64,000 bases of DNA from Eledone cirrhosa (Eukaryota). The stretch is taken from positions 62,001 to 126,000 of the forward strand of contig CAXHJY010000133.1 in NCBI GenBank assembly GCA_964016885.1, given 5' to 3'. Every line of letters starts with the position of its first letter. Position 1 is the stretch's first letter. This document shows, piece after piece, positions 13,020 to 26,685 of this stretch. The notes under the pieces are model-generated. The model worked only from the letters and a program-made list of their open reading frames with translations. It was not told the DNA's origin and did not search any database. A program made the position numbers and the translations under genes.

Positions 13020-13205
13020 GGCAGTGGATTGGCAGTATCGGTAGAGGGTCGGACGCCATGCTTTGGCGCATTGAGTTACGGCCCTTGCCATTCTGAGTTC
13101 AAATCCTGCCGAGGTTAACTTTGCCTTTCATCCTTACGGGGTCGATAAAATAAAGTACCAGTAATACACTGGGTAATTGCTGGCCTTGTGCCTAAAGTAG
13201 AAACA
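13020..13205 (+). mobile_element. SINE family A inserted in the PLE 3' region, with 18-bp TSD
   Basis: TSD attatttctcacttctcc at 13002-13019 and 13206-13223. Confidence 0.93.
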
Positions 13206-13418
13206 ATTATTTCTCACTTCTCCATATACATTATCATTACTTTTTCACCAATCTCTCATTTACTCCTTATTCTCTATTTATTTATTTATTTTCAAATTAC
13301 ACAAATTATATTAATTATTTTATTATATTATTTATTTATTTTCTGTTTTCTTCATTTATTGCCTTATATTTCTTCATATACATGAAAGACCCCCCCCCCC
13401 CCCACCACTACGATGGTG

Positions 13419-14028
13419 GCGGGAGGGATGAAGGGAAAAAAAAAACACAAACTGGATACTTCTAAATTGTTAGCAGCAGCAAGATATAAACTGACCACTA
13501 CAACAACAACAGTACCAAAATAATGGTGGAGGTCAAATGTACTGAACAATAGCAGGCAAAAACACTACAGGGAGCCTCACCCCAGAAAGAATTCTATAGA
13601 CTTCTGACTGAGGAATGCTCTCAGAACTGAACAATGGGAAGTTTGACACTTTTTTTGTTATTTTGTTCCTTTAACACCTTGTCCCTTCTACCATTTTATC
13701 AATTTTTAAGCTAACTCCAACAATAACAACACTTAGAATGAGGAATGTTCTAATAACTGACCAATGAGAGGAGAAGGGGACCTGTGACACTGAAATTCGT
13801 TTGTTTGAATTCATATGACTCCAGTTCCCCAGTGAATTAACAACCCAACAAGGAACTGGGCATATCAGAGTATTGCCAATATCATACACCTAAACAACAT
13901 ATGTACTTGTCTATACCATACTAATTCAAACTGCCTGAAGAGGTCACAGCCAAAGATGGCTGTCACTGAAATATATATAGCAGTAATAAACGAAGCTAAA
14001 TTTTAATCATTTGACTTTTATTTAACTT

Positions 14029-14035
<7 letters not shown>
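13419..14035 (+). repeat. Right pseudo-LTR of the Penelope-like element
   Basis: Downstream of the GIY-YIG ORF, contains the hammerhead, and ends at (TA)n. Confidence 0.93.
13930..13984 (+). ncRNA. Type I hammerhead ribozyme (right pLTR)
   Basis: actgc-CTGAAGA-g gtcacagcca aaga tggctgtcac t-GAAA-tatata-TA-gcagt. Stem I is actgc/gcagt, stem II pairs 9/10, stem III is palindromic. Predicted cleavage after 13979. Confidence 0.88.
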
Positions 14036-14093
<58 letters not shown>

Positions 14094-14355
14094 TTTATAT
14101 ATAGTTCATGAAAACGACAAACAGGTACAATAAGTCTTAATAGTTTCATGCTTTATATGGAAAAGGGGAAAAAAAGTTTGACATGTTGGGCTTTAGCCCT
14201 TCTTCAGGAGTACGAAAATAGAGACAGGATAACAAAGATAGATACATGAATATATAATTTGCAACATGGTGTAGGACAGAACAAAGGAGACATAAAATAA
14301 AGTACCAGTAACTGCTGGCCTTGTGCCAAAAGTAGAAACAAATGTATATATATAT

Positions 14356-14951
14356 AATAAGGAAATACAAAGTTTAGATGATAAAGTCCTTTATTGATAA
14401 GGCCCTGTTATAGATACTTCGAGGACGACATTGTTTACGCAATTCAGGTAGAAGCTACTGCCATACTCTCTTCAGACAGCGTCTTACATAATAAAGTTAC
14501 AATGAAGGAGGTAACCCAAAATTGAAGTGACAAGGGAACAGACACACAGTGATGTTCATGAATCGAATGCCCGTTCCCAATTTTGGATTACCTCCTTCAT
14601 TGCAACTTTATTATGTAAGACGTTATCAGGGCGGTGGATTGGCAGTATCGGTAGAGGGTCGGACGCCATGCTTTCCAGCATAGTTACATCCCTTTACGGT
14701 GTGAGTTTAAATCCTGCCGAGGTTAACTTTGCCTTTCATCCTTACGGGGTCGATAAAATAAAGTACCAGTAATGCACTGGGTAATTGCTGGCCTTGTGCC
14801 TAAAGTAGAAACACTTATGTAAGACGTTATCTGAAGAGAGCTTGGCAGTAGCTTCTACGCTGTATTGCATAACCAATTGTCATCCTCGAAATATCTATAA
14901 GGGCCTTATCAATAAAGGACCTTTATCATATAAACTTTGTATTTCCTTATT
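14356..14951. mobile_element. Fold-back pLTR-like element with degenerate hammerheads in both arms, interrupted by a SINE
   Basis: 14356-14523 is inverted relative to 14579-14627 plus 14832-14951. CTGAAGA gag..ctc GAAA tatcta TA at 14831-14899. Confidence 0.7.
14628..14814 (+). mobile_element. SINE family A, full length, with 17-bp TSD
   Basis: TSD ttatgtaagacgttatc at 14611-14627 and 14815-14831. Confidence 0.93.
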
Positions 14952-15850
14952 CTAAAAATACTCCGCCATTCCTGTGGGAAATGCACGTTGAGTTCTTGAA
15001 TCGAATTACATCAATATTTTTGCAATATATATATCATCATCATAGTGGTAAGAAATTCTCAGGAGAGCTGGACAGCAGAATTTCTTCAGAGAAGACCCCA
15101 CCACCCTAAGTGAGTCTTTTGGCCCTTAACAATCACCATCATCATCATCATAGTATTTACATCAAACTTTCCATACTGGTATGCGTTGGGGAGGAATTTT
15201 TTGAGGCAATATTTTTCAACCTAATGCCCTTCCGGACACCAACCCCTTTAATCACATTTGAGAAAGAGATGGGGAGGAGAAGGAAATAGAAAGAGGAAGG
15301 GAGAGAGAGAGAGGAAGAGAGACTTTAATGGGATGGAGTCAGATGTAGACAGGTGAAAACCTGGTAGATACTGTAACTGGAATTTGAGTATGAGTGAAGG
15401 TGGTGAGTGAGTACATGAATGAGAGTGTAGATGATGGTGAGTGTGACTAAAGACAAGAAATATTAAGAGAGAGAGGGGAGAAAAAGAGAGAAGGGGTGAG
15501 TGAGAGAGAGAGAGAGAGACCTTATTTGGTGAGTGAAGGAGAGAGAAGGGGTGAGTGAGAGAGACCTTATTTGGTGAGTGAATGAGAGAGAGGGGGGAGT
15601 GAGAGAGAGAGAGACCTTATTTGGTGAGTGAATGAGAGAGAAGGGGGTGAGTGAGAGAGAGAGACCTTATTTGGTGAGTGAAGGAGAGAGAAGGGGTGAA
15701 TGTGAGTAAGGTTCAGAAATATCTAAGAGAGAGAAACAGAGAGAGAGAGAGAGATATATACCTTACTTGAGTGGTGTCTGGTGGTGAGTGAGAGTGAAGA
15801 TATGTGAGTAAGGACCAGAAGAACCAGAGAGAGAGAGAGAGAGATCTTAC

Positions 15851-16049
15851 CTGAGGGTGGTTAGGTGTGGACAGGTAAAAACTGCTATAATTTGCTCCAC
15901 CTGATATCTCACAGACAGACATTTCGGACAATTACACATGATGGTGTTGTTGTTGTTGTTGTTGTTGTGTGGGGGTGGGGTTTACGTTTGTAAACCCCCG
16001 CTCCCAACCCAAACCAACCTTCGCCGCCACCACCACTTAGCCCTTTTAT
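15851..16049 (-). other. Candidate exon (possibly 5'UTR plus start)
   Basis: Acceptor ctcttgtttcag| and donor CAG|gtaaga, in a unique island between microsatellites. All frames contain stops before an internal ATG. Confidence 0.3.
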
Positions 16050-16404
16050 CTGAAACAAGAGTTTCAGGGAGTAGGGCACAGTAGGACTGTGGGGGAAGAA
16101 TTTGTGTGTGTGTCTGTGTCTGTGTATGTGTTGGTATGTGAGTGTGTGTATGTGTGTGTGTTGGTATGTGAGTATGTGTGTATGTCTGTGTATGTGTGTT
16201 GGTATGTGAGTGTGTGTACGTGTGTATGTGAGTATGTGGATATGTGGATGTGTTTGTATGTGAGTATGTGTGTGTGAATGTATGCGTATGTGTTGGTATG
16301 CGAGTAGTGTGTATGTGTGTATGTGTGTGTATGTGAGTGTGAGTATGTGTATGTGTGTATGTATGTGTATGTGTGTATGTGAGTATGTGTGTATATGTGT
16401 GTGT

Positions 16405-16640
16405 GTCGTTGCTGTTTTTGTTGATGGTGTCGTTGCTGTTTTTGTTGTTGGTGTCCTTGCTGTTTTTGTTGTTGGTGTCGTTGCTGTTTTTGTTGATGGT
16501 GTCGTTGCTGTTTTTGTTGTTGGTGTCCTTGCTGTTTTTGTTGTTGGTGTCGTTGCTGTTTTTGTTGTTGGTGTCGTTACTGTTTCTGTTGTTGGTGTCC
16601 TTGCTGTTTTTGCTTTTGTTGTTCTTGTTGATGGTTGTGT
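16405..16640. repeat. 24-bp minisatellite
   Basis: tgttgttggtgtcgttgctgtttt repeated about 8 times. Confidence 0.9.
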
Positions 16641-17274
16641 TGTTTTTGTTGTTGGTGCTAGCAGTGCTGTGGTTTTTGTTGGTGGCAATGGGGGTTTCTG
16701 TTGTAGTTTGTGGTGATAGAAGTGGTGGCGTCAAATATACAGTGAAATTCCATTATAACAAAATTTATGGGGTATAAAAAAACATTCTTAATAAAGAGAT
16801 CAACTGAAACAAACTGAGTTTTGGTTTGTTATTACCTCAGGAATTGAAACAAATTTTGTTATATTGAAAAATTTGTTATGATGGAATTTTACCTGTAACT
16901 GCAATATAAACAAGAGAAAGAGAATTTACCACCAATCCCACTAACAAGATGGAACTAGAATCAGAACTAGGGTGAAGAAGGATAAAAAGGTTTTGGGGGC
17001 AGGGCTGGGCTGGGTTGTGGCTGTGACCGAGGCTGAGGTTGAATTTGAACTCAAAGCATTTCATTTGATAGACAAATCATAATAATAATGGTGATAATAA
17101 CAATGACTACAACAACAACAACAATGGTGATAGATTCAAACATTGGCCACAGATTAAGAAGGTAGAGGTGGGTGAAGGGTTGTGGGTGGTGCGTTGTGGG
17201 TGATAGGTTGAGGTTGGTGGGGTACTAGTTGAAAATTAGATCACACCTTCTCAAGTATTTGGTTAATATAAGGC

Positions 17275-18240
17275 CAGTGGTAGTGTTGTTGTTGTTGGTG
17301 GTATTAGTAGTAGTGCTGTTGTTGTTATTGGTGTTGGTAGTGTTGTTGTTATTGGTGGTGGTGGTGGTGGTGGTGGGATTAATAGTGCTGTTGTTTTTGT
17401 TGGTGGTAGTGTTGTTGTTGTTAGTAGTGGTGGTGTTGGTCCTAGTGCTACTGTTGGTGGTAGTGTTGTTGTTGTTGTTAGTAGTGGTGGTGTTGGTCCT
17501 AGTGCTACTGTTGGTGGTAGTGTTGTTGTTGTTGTTAGTAGTGGTGGTGTTGGTCCTAGTGCTACTGTTGGTGGTAGTGTTGTTGTTGATGTTGGTATTG
17601 CTATTAATAGTGGTGCTGCTGTTGTTGTTATTGGTATTGTTGTTGATGGTGATAGCGATGGTGGTAGGTGTTGATGGTGTTTCTGTTGTTGATGTTGTTG
17701 TTGATGGTAATGGCGATGGTGGTAGTGTTGATGGTGGTAGTGTTGATGGTGGTAGTGTTGTTGGTGTTTCTGTTGTTGATGTTGTTGTTGATGGTAATGG
17801 CGATGGTGGTAGTGTTGATGGTGGTAGTGTTGATGGTGGTAGTGGTGATGGTGTTTCTGTTGTTGATGTTGTTGTTGATGGTAATGGCGATGGTGGTAGT
17901 GTTGATGGTGGTAGTGTTGATGGTGGTAGTGTTGATGGTGGTAGTGTTGTTGGTGTTTCTGTTGTTGATGTTGTTGTTGATGGTAATGGCGATGGTGGTA
18001 GTGTTGATGGTGGTAGTGTTGATGGTGGTAGTGTTGATGGTGTTTCTGTTGTTGATGTTGTTGTTGATGGTAATGGCGATGGTGGTAGTGTTGATGGTGT
18101 TTCTGTTGTTGATGGTAATGGCGATGGTGGTAGTGTTGATGGTGGTAGTGTTGATGTTGTTGTTGGTGGTGATGGCGATGGTGGTAGTGTTGATGGTGCT
18201 TCTGTTGATGTTATTGGCAGAGCTGTGATGGTGGTGGTTT
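17275..18240. repeat. GTT/GGT/GAT trinucleotide-derived compound repeat with higher-order units
   Basis: Direct reading of the sequence. Confidence 0.9.
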
Positions 18241-18439
18241 AAAGCAATCAGCCCACAATTGTAAGGTTTGGGAGTTTAATTGTTGTTAGCTGGTCTCTGG
18301 ACTGCCTAGCTGGCTGAGTGGTACATTGTGTCCTTGAGCAAGATACTCATTTGTGTTATGAGGTTGAACCCCCTCCTCCCCAGGCAATGTGAATTGAATA
18401 ACTGAAGTAAAGAGATAATTGTTGGAAGATAGCAAAAGA

Positions 18440-19140
18440 GCCAATGCAAAGGGCCCCTAAAATGTAGGGCTTATTTATATAAGATGCTACTTTTGTAACA
18501 AGGATAACCCTCACACTGAATACCTGTAGAAAAAATGAAAGATAGGAAAGTAAAGCAGGGCTGACAAAAGAGCCCATGAACATGGAGGAGCTTCTGAAAA
18601 TGAAGTGGCCCCTGAAACAGAAGGTAACACCGAGCTGACAAAGGCACTAAAAATGTGGGTCATATAGAGGAAGCTACTATTATTACAAGGTTGACCCCCA
18701 GTATTGTAAATACCTGAAGGAAAGATGAAAGGTTGGAAGGTAATAAAACGCCCAGGAAGGGGTCCCTGAAAATGTAGGGCCTTAAGAAAATGTGGGTCGT
18801 ATAGAAGATGCTACTATTGTTACTAGGGTAACCCCCAGTATTGTGAATGCCTGGAGTAATATGAAAGAGTTGGAAAGAGTAACACAATGCCCAAGAAGGG
18901 GTCCTTGGAAATGTGAGGGGCTGCTGAAAATGTGGGGCCTTCAGAAAATGTGGTGGATCTTATAGAAAATGTTACTGTTGTTACAAGGGTGACCTCCAGT
19001 ATTGTGAATAACTGAAGGAGAGATAAAATGGTTGGAAAGTAACACAACACCCCGGAGGAGGTCCCTGAAATTATGGAGGCTCTTTAAAATGTGGGTCTTA
19101 TAAAAGATGTTACTGTTGTTACTAGGTTGATCCAGGGTAT
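18440..19140. repeat. Diverged tandem repeat, ~5 units of 135-190 bp
   Basis: Recurring aaaatgtgggtc..agaagatgctactattgttacaagg..ccagtattgtgaata at about 18481, 18670, 18805, 18966 and 19104. Confidence 0.75.
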
Positions 19141-19872
19141 TAGAAACACCCAAAGGTTAGCCAGTCAAATGACATGATGCAATATCAAGGGTTCCCACTC
19201 CTTCCCACCCCAACAACCTATGTCTAGATGAGGACAATGCTCCTCATACTTCATATGCAGGGGTCTTCACTACACGGGGTGGGTGCAGTGTGTATGGCAG
19301 TGTAAGTGGAGTGCATTTCTTTTTTAAACGATTTCCAGTCAGATGCTATTGCTGTTGTTATTGTTGATGTTGTTGTTGTTGTTGTTGTTGCTGTTGCTGC
19401 TATTATTGTTGCTCCTACTGCTGTAGTTATTGATGCTGCTGTTGCTGTCGCTGCTGCTGCTACTGCTGTTGTTGTTGTTACTGTGGCTACTGTTGTTATT
19501 GATGTTACTGTTGCTATTATTGTTGCTGCTGTTGTTATTGTTGTTGATATTGCTGCTGCTGTTATTGTGGCTGTTGTTGTTGTTGCTGCTGTTGCTGTGC
19601 TACTATTATTATTGTTGCTGTTCTGCTGCTGCTGCTGTTATTGTTATTATTGATGCTGCTGCTGCTGCTGTTGTTATTATTATTGCTATAGTTGTTGTTG
19701 TTATTGTTGTTATTATTGCTGCTGCTGTTGTTATTATTATTTTTGTTGTTGTTGTTACTGATGTTATTATTGCTGTAGTAGTAGAAGTAGTAGTAGTTGT
19801 TATTCTTGTTATTACTGCTGCTGTTGTTGTTATTATTGCTGTAGTTGTTGTTACTGCTGTTGTTATTATTGC

Positions 19873-19908
<36 letters not shown>

Positions 19909-20835
19909 TGTTATTCTTGTTATTACTGCTGCTGTTGTTGTTATTATTGCTGTAGTTGTTGTTATTCTTGTTATTACTGTGCTGTTGTTGTTATTGCTGA
20001 AGTAGTAGTAGTTGTTGTTGTTGTTATTATTGCTGTAATAAACTCCAGGTCAGTCCATATATCCCTCAGACCAGCAGAAGACCTCTATACAGCAACAGCA
20101 CCAACAACATGACCGAAGGCAAGCCCTAGGTTCAATGTTACTGAAGACAACACAGAGGTACACTCCTAGTGTTGTTATTAATAAAACAAGACATTACACC
20201 ATTACACAGCGTTGATAGATGTTGTTAATAGGTGTCGCTTCTTGTATTGTGTGCCACAGATAAAATAACCCTCACCTCCAACTGGGAGAGTCTGACAACA
20301 GAGAAGAGGTCGATGGAAAGTGTGTGTGTGTGTGTGTGTATGTGTGTCTGTGTGTGTGTGAGTGTGAGTGTATGTGTGTGTGTGTGTGTGAGTGTCTGTG
20401 AGTGTCTGTGTGAGTGTGTCTGTGTGAGTGTGTGTGTGTGTGTGTCTGTGTGTGTCTGTGTGTGCGTGTATGCATATATGAGTATGAAGGTGTGAATGTC
20501 AAAATATGTGGGTATCCGTGTGTGCATATATGCATGTGTGAGAATGTATGAGCATGTATGTGTGAATATCTGAATATATATGTGTGTGTATGTGTGAATG
20601 TCAGAATAGATGTGTGTGTATCCGTGTGTGCGTATATGCATGAGCATATATGTGTGAATATCTAAGTTTATATGTGTGTATAATCATATATGACTATGTA
20701 TGTGTGTGTGTGTGTATGCATGAGTATGTATGTGTGTGTGTATGCATGAGTAAATATGTATGAATGCGTATATGTTGATGTGAGAATGTGTAAATGTGTG
20801 CATGAAAGCATGACGACGATGATGATGATACACAG

Positions 20836-20872
<37 letters not shown>

Positions 20873-20999
20873 AACACACACACACACACATATACTGAGT
20901 GATATAGTTCAGTAGGGTGGGGAAAGAAGAGAGGGGGGGGTGATTCCTTATTGATTCGATCCTAGATCCAGCCATCTCAGCTAACAAAATAGCATTAGT

Positions 21000-22265
21000 A
21001 CTGCCACCACCACCACCACCACTACCTCTACCTCCACTACCACCACCTCTACCTCCACCACCACCACCACTTTCACAAGCACCACCTCTACCTCCACTAC
21101 CACCACCTCTATCTCCACCACCACCACCACTTTCACAAGCACCACCTCTAACACAATCACCACTACCACCACCACTTTCACAAGCACCACCACCACCTCT
21201 ACCTCCACTACCACCACCACCTCTACCTCCACTACCACCACCACTTTCACAAACACCACCTCTACCTTCACCACCACCACCACTTTCACAAACACCACCT
21301 CTAACACAATCACCACTACCACCACCACTAACACAATCACCACTACCACCACCACCACCTCTACCTCCACCACCACTTTCACAAGCACCACCTCTAACAC
21401 AATAACCACTACCACCACCACTTTCACAAGCACCACCACCACCTCTACCTCCACTACCACCACCACTTTCACAAACACCACCTCTACCTTCACCACCACC
21501 ACCACTTTCACAAACACCACCTCTAACACAATCACCACTACCACCACCACTACCACCACCACCACCTCTACCTCCACCACCACTTTCACAAGCACCACCT
21601 CTAACACAATCACCACTACCACCACCACTTTCACAAGCACCACCACCACCTCTACCTCCACTACCACCACCACCTCTACCTCCACTACCACCACCACTTT
21701 CACAAACACCACCTCTACCTTCACCACCACCACCACTTTCACAAACACCACCTCTAACACAATCACCACTACCACCACCACTAACACAATCACCACTACC
21801 ACCACCACCACCACCACCACCACTTTCACAAACACCACCTCTAACACAATCACCACTACCACCACCACTAACACAATCACCACCACCACCACCACTAACA
21901 CAATCACCACTACCACCACCACCACCTCTACCTCCACCACCACTTTCACAAACACCACCTCTAACACAATCACCACTACCACCACCACTAACACAATCAC
22001 CACTACCACCATCACCTCTACCACTACTACAATCACAACCACCACCACCACTTTCACAAGCACCACCTCTACCTCCACTACCACCACCACCTCTAACACA
22101 ATCACCACTACCACCACCACCTCTACCTCCACTACTAACACCACCACCACCACCTCTACCACTACATCAACCACCACCACTTCCGCCACCTCCACCAGCA
22201 CCACCACCACCACCACCTCTACTACCACATCTACCATCTGTACCAGCACCAGCACCACTACCACG
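21000..22265. repeat. (ACC)n-derived compound minisatellite
   Basis: Repeated ccactttcacaa, cctctacctcca and ctaacacaatca modules. Confidence 0.9.
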
Positions 22266-22304
22266 TGACCTGTACTAGAGAAGTGTCAGATATCCACTCA
22301 ATTT

Positions 22305-22845
22305 ATGCACACATATATGTATATATAAACACACATATATGTATATATACACACATATATATACACATATATATATACACATACATATATGTATATATAC
22401 ACACATATATATATACACATACATATATGTATATATAAACACACATATATGTATATATAAACACACATATATATATACACATACATATATGTATATATAA
22501 ACACACATATATGTATATATACACACATACATATATGTATATATAAACACACATATGTATATATACACACATATATACACATACATATATGTATATATAA
22601 ACACACATATCTATATATAAACACACATATATGTATATATACATACATATATGTATATATAAACACACATATGTATATATACACACATATATATATACAC
22701 ATACATATATGTATATATAAACACACACATATATACACACACATATATATATACACATACATATATGTATATATAAACACACATACATCTATATATAAAC
22801 ACACATATATGTATATACACACACACACATATATATACACACACA
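22305..22845. repeat. Compound TA/CA minisatellite
   Basis: Repeated catatatgtatatataaacacac. Confidence 0.9.
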
Positions 22846-23214
22846 GATCTTCATAATTCGTCACTTAACCATCGGTACCTCCAAATACCACCACCACCAC
22901 CCCACTACCAACATCATCACAATCATCATCACCACCAACACCAACACCACTAGTACCAACATCCCCATCAACACCACCACCACCACCACCACCAATACAA
23001 CATCAACACCATCTCAACTATCACCATTACCAACATCATCATCATCATCATCTTCATCGCCATCAATCACCACCACCACCACTACTACTACCAACATCAC
23101 CACCACCACTACCACCACCATCCCATCATCCCCACCAACATCATCATCTTCATCGCCATCACAATCACCACCACCACCACTACTACTACCAACACAACCA
23201 CCACCACTACCACT

Positions 23215-23251
<37 letters not shown>

Positions 23252-24991
23252 CCATTTTTTGGCCCAACTTCACAAAAGGTACATTAATGGTGGTGGTGGT
23301 GGGGAAGTAGGTGTAGTGTGTGTGTGCGGGGGAGGAGAGGTAACAGGTATTCAGTGTGTGGTGCACGACTGTGAGTCACTGTGGCAACATGGAGTGTGGC
23401 AACAGCAGGGGTTAGGTAGGAGCGGCGTGGGGGGTGGAGGTGAGAGAACGACGACACCTGAGATTCCAGATCAGGTTATTTTTTGGAGATGGTGGCAGGT
23501 GGGAATGGAGAGGGTGGGGGAGGAGCGTAAGGGAGTCAGGTGTCTTAGTGGTAATGGTGGCGGCGGTGGTGGTGGGTTGTGGTGGTAGTGGTATGTGGTG
23601 GTAATGGTGGCAGTGGTAGTGGTATGTGGTGGTGGTGTGGTGGTGGTAAGGGTGGCAATGGTAGTGGTATGTGGTGATAAGGGTGGCAGTGGTAGTGGTA
23701 TGTGGTGGTGGTGGTGGTTGTGTGGTGGCGGTAAGGGTGGTTGTGTGGTGGTGGTAAGGGTGGCAGTGGCAGTGGTATGTGGCGGTGGTGGTTGTGTGGT
23801 GGTGGTGGTGGTAAGGGTGGCAGTGGTAGTGGTATGTGGCGGTGGTGGTGGAAAGGGTGGCGGTATGTGGTGGTGGTGGAAAAGGTGGCAGTGGTAGTGG
23901 TGGTGGTAATGGTGGCAGTGGTATGTGGTGGTAGTGGTGGTGGTGGTAGTGGTGGCATTGGCAGTGGTATGTGGTGGTGGTTGTGTGGTGGTAATGGTGG
24001 CAATGGTTGTGAGGCGGTGGATGTGTGATGGTGGTGGTAATGGTGGTGGTGGGCTGTCATGGTGGTGTTTATGTTGTGGTTGTGGTGGTAATGGTGGCAG
24101 TTGTATGTGGTGGTGGTGGTGGTGGTGTCTTGAAGGCAATGGTAACAGTGGTGGTGGTTGGGTGTTGGTGATGGTGGTTGTTGTGTTGTTGTGGTATGTG
24201 GTGGTGGTGGTGGTAGTAGGTGTGTGATGGTGATGATGGTGATGGTAGTGTAGAAGGTATGTGGTGGCAGCAAATGATTTCGATGTTGGTGTTGGTGCTG
24301 GTGCGGGTGGTATGTATTGGGAGCACAGAGGTATTTGAGTATCGGAGAGGGTTAGGAGTTGGGATGGTTGGCAGGAGGTGGGATTTTTTGGTAGAAAAGG
24401 GGTCACCTCCCAAACCATAGCCCCAACACCAGATGACAATTTTGGAATGTGGATCGATTTTGCTTCAGCGCGCACAGGCACACATATGTATGTATATATA
24501 TATATATATGGTATGGTTCTGTAACTCCTGATGGAGTTGTGGGGTTGTTCAAGCTGCATACAGCATTTTTGGGGCATTAAGCCTGGCGGACGGCTTCCCT
24601 CTCCAGTCCACTGAAACCAGTCCACATTGTGTCCAGTCCACTGTGTCTAGTCAACACTGTGTCCAGTTCACACTGTGTCTAGTCTACAATGTAAAGTGGT
24701 CATGTTGGTGTCATGACACAAAGCACCCAGTCCACACTGTAAATATGGTTGGCATTACGAAGAGCATCCTGCTGTAGAAAAACCAAGCCAGAAACAGTTA
24801 TGTGTGAGCAAGGCATGGTCATCTGATCTGAATTGTCTCACAACAGGACAAACCATCTAACCCATGCTACCATGGAAAAATAGATGTTAAATAATTGTTT
24901 CTACTTTTAGGCACAAGGCCAGCAATTACCCAGTGCATTACTGGTACTTTATTTTATCGACAAATAATGATGATATATATATATACACATA

Positions 24992-25056
24992 CAGGGTGTC
25001 CCAAAAATGTATACACCATTCAGTCAAAGTGTGTATACATTTTTGGGGACACCCTG
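24992..25056. mobile_element. Tc1/mariner-type mini-MITE (65 bp) with TA TSD
   Basis: TA-cagggtgtcccaaaaatgtatacac...gtgtatacatttttggggacaccctg-TA. Confidence 0.85.
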
Positions 25057-25077
25057 TATATATATATATATATATTC

Positions 25078-25402
25078 CATTATATGTCCGCTTTTTCCCT
25101 GCTTGCAAGGGTTGGACGGGAACTGATTCTGGCTTGATTTCTACAGCTGGATGCCCTTCCTAACACCAACCTCATTTACAGTGAGTGCTGGGTGCTTTTT
25201 TGCAGTGGCACCTACACGACCACTTTGCAGTGGAATGATAGGGACCCCAGTCCTATCATCTCATTTCTACAGCTGAGTAAACTGGAGCAATGTGAAATAA
25301 AGTGTCTTGCTCAAGGAAACAACACATCACCCAGTCTGAGAATTGAACTCACAACCTTTCGATTGCAAGTCCAATGCTCTAACCACTAAGCCATGTGCCT
25401 CC
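25078..25402 (-). mobile_element. tRNA-derived SINE family B (CORE-like domain plus RTE-like tail)
   Basis: Reverse complement of the 41927 copy, with a single 49-bp unit. Confidence 0.85.
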
Positions 25403-26463
25403 AAGCAGACAGTAGAAGTCTTATTCGTTTCACGCTTTATATTGAAAAGAGGAAAGAAAGTTTGACGTGTTGGGCTCAGGAGTACAAAACTAGACACAAG
25501 ATCACAGTTCATTTGTAAGAAATCATTGGTTCTAGTCCTATAGAAGCAATTTCTATACTCTGGTAACATATTGAGTATTTTTTTTAACTGTGGTCCCCTC
25601 CCAATTTTAACATGCTGAATTCTTTTATGAATTACTTCCCTTGACACAGTATTATGTATTAAAGGGAGTTTACTCTATTGGTGACGTATGTTGCCGACAC
25701 CACCAAGAGGGTTAATTTCTGCATCTGTTTCAATATGGTTACAATAGTACATGAATATGTAAACAACTGGAAGTAATTAACTATCAATTATTAACACCAT
25801 ACAAAATACCTTTAACTGCATTTCTTCAGGAAAATGTGAGAAGGAACAAAGTTTACCAAGATCAAATGGTGTCACGAATAGACTTCATATCAAACACTGA
25901 GTGTAAAGCCAACAATATATGTGTGTGTGTGTGTGTGTGCGTGTGTGTGTGCGTGTGTGTGCGTGTGTGTATGTATGTATGTATGTATGTATAAATAGAA
26001 GAAACCAAGGTTTTTAAATCAAATCCACCTTTAAACTCAACAGTAGTTTTTTTTAACTTTTCACACCTTACCAAAAATTAATAGAGGACTATTCCACTTA
26101 TATATATATATGACATATATATGTATATATATAAGGTCACAGCTCACAAAAACAAGATCATGTAGGACAGAACAAAGGAGAAACACAGAATAACAAATTA
26201 GTTACTGAGGAGGTCACAGAATGTGTCACAAAAGAGCTTTGACAATAACAACTATCCAGTTATTAAAATAACCAACTGGGAGTTTATAATAAATTGAAGT
26301 GAAAATCTCAAAGTATACCATTTCAGGTAGACACGCACCATCATCCACTTTTCTAAAAAAACAAATCATACACAAAACGCCAGCACTAACTAAGTTATTC
26401 CAGGTTGAATCGGGGGTAACCACAGTAAGTAAGGTACTCAATACATAGCAGAGTATAAATGTT

Positions 26464-26585
26464 TTAATATAGAGGAGCTTCTACAGGACTAGAACTGTTT
26501 CATTCGTGAGAAATCATCAGGAAGCTTCCTGATGATTTCTCACGAATGAAACAGTTCTAGTCCTGTAGAAGCTCCTCTATATTAA
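26464..26585. repeat. Perfect 122-bp palindrome made of two back-to-back hammerheads
   Basis: Centre gaag|cttc at 26524/26525; the arms are exactly complementary on inspection. Confidence 0.95.
26523..26573 (+). ncRNA. Type I hammerhead ribozyme (mirror copy on minus strand at 26476-26526)
   Basis: agcttc-CTGATGA-t ttc tcac gaa t-GAAA-cag ttctagtc ctg-TA-gaagct, with a GUA cleavage triplet. Confidence 0.82.
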
Positions 26586-26685
26586 TATATATATATATAT
26601 ATATATATCTGTAGAAAATTGTCAAAGAGGATCAAAAAGATTATTCAGCTGTGTCAAAGACATGACAAGTGTTGGTGATCTACAC

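Larger units (their letters stand above)
10092..14035 (+). mobile_element. Penelope-like retroelement (probably Naiad-type), 5'-truncated, with inverted pseudo-LTRs
   Basis: RT motifs FDITMGSSD, YRDD and NFLD, thumb YVNAKSNHP, then WYNPP, CNCR..CPL..CL, GIY-YIG-like LVY..YIG, R..NH, CKLC..E and CRH. 10092-10693 is the reverse complement of 13419-14035. (TA)n lies on both sides. Confidence 0.92.

Noticed and set aside
10092-14035. DNA transposon with 600-bp TIRs
   Set aside because: The interior encodes RT and GIY-YIG rather than a transposase, and the left arm truncates the RT, as expected for an inverted pLTR.
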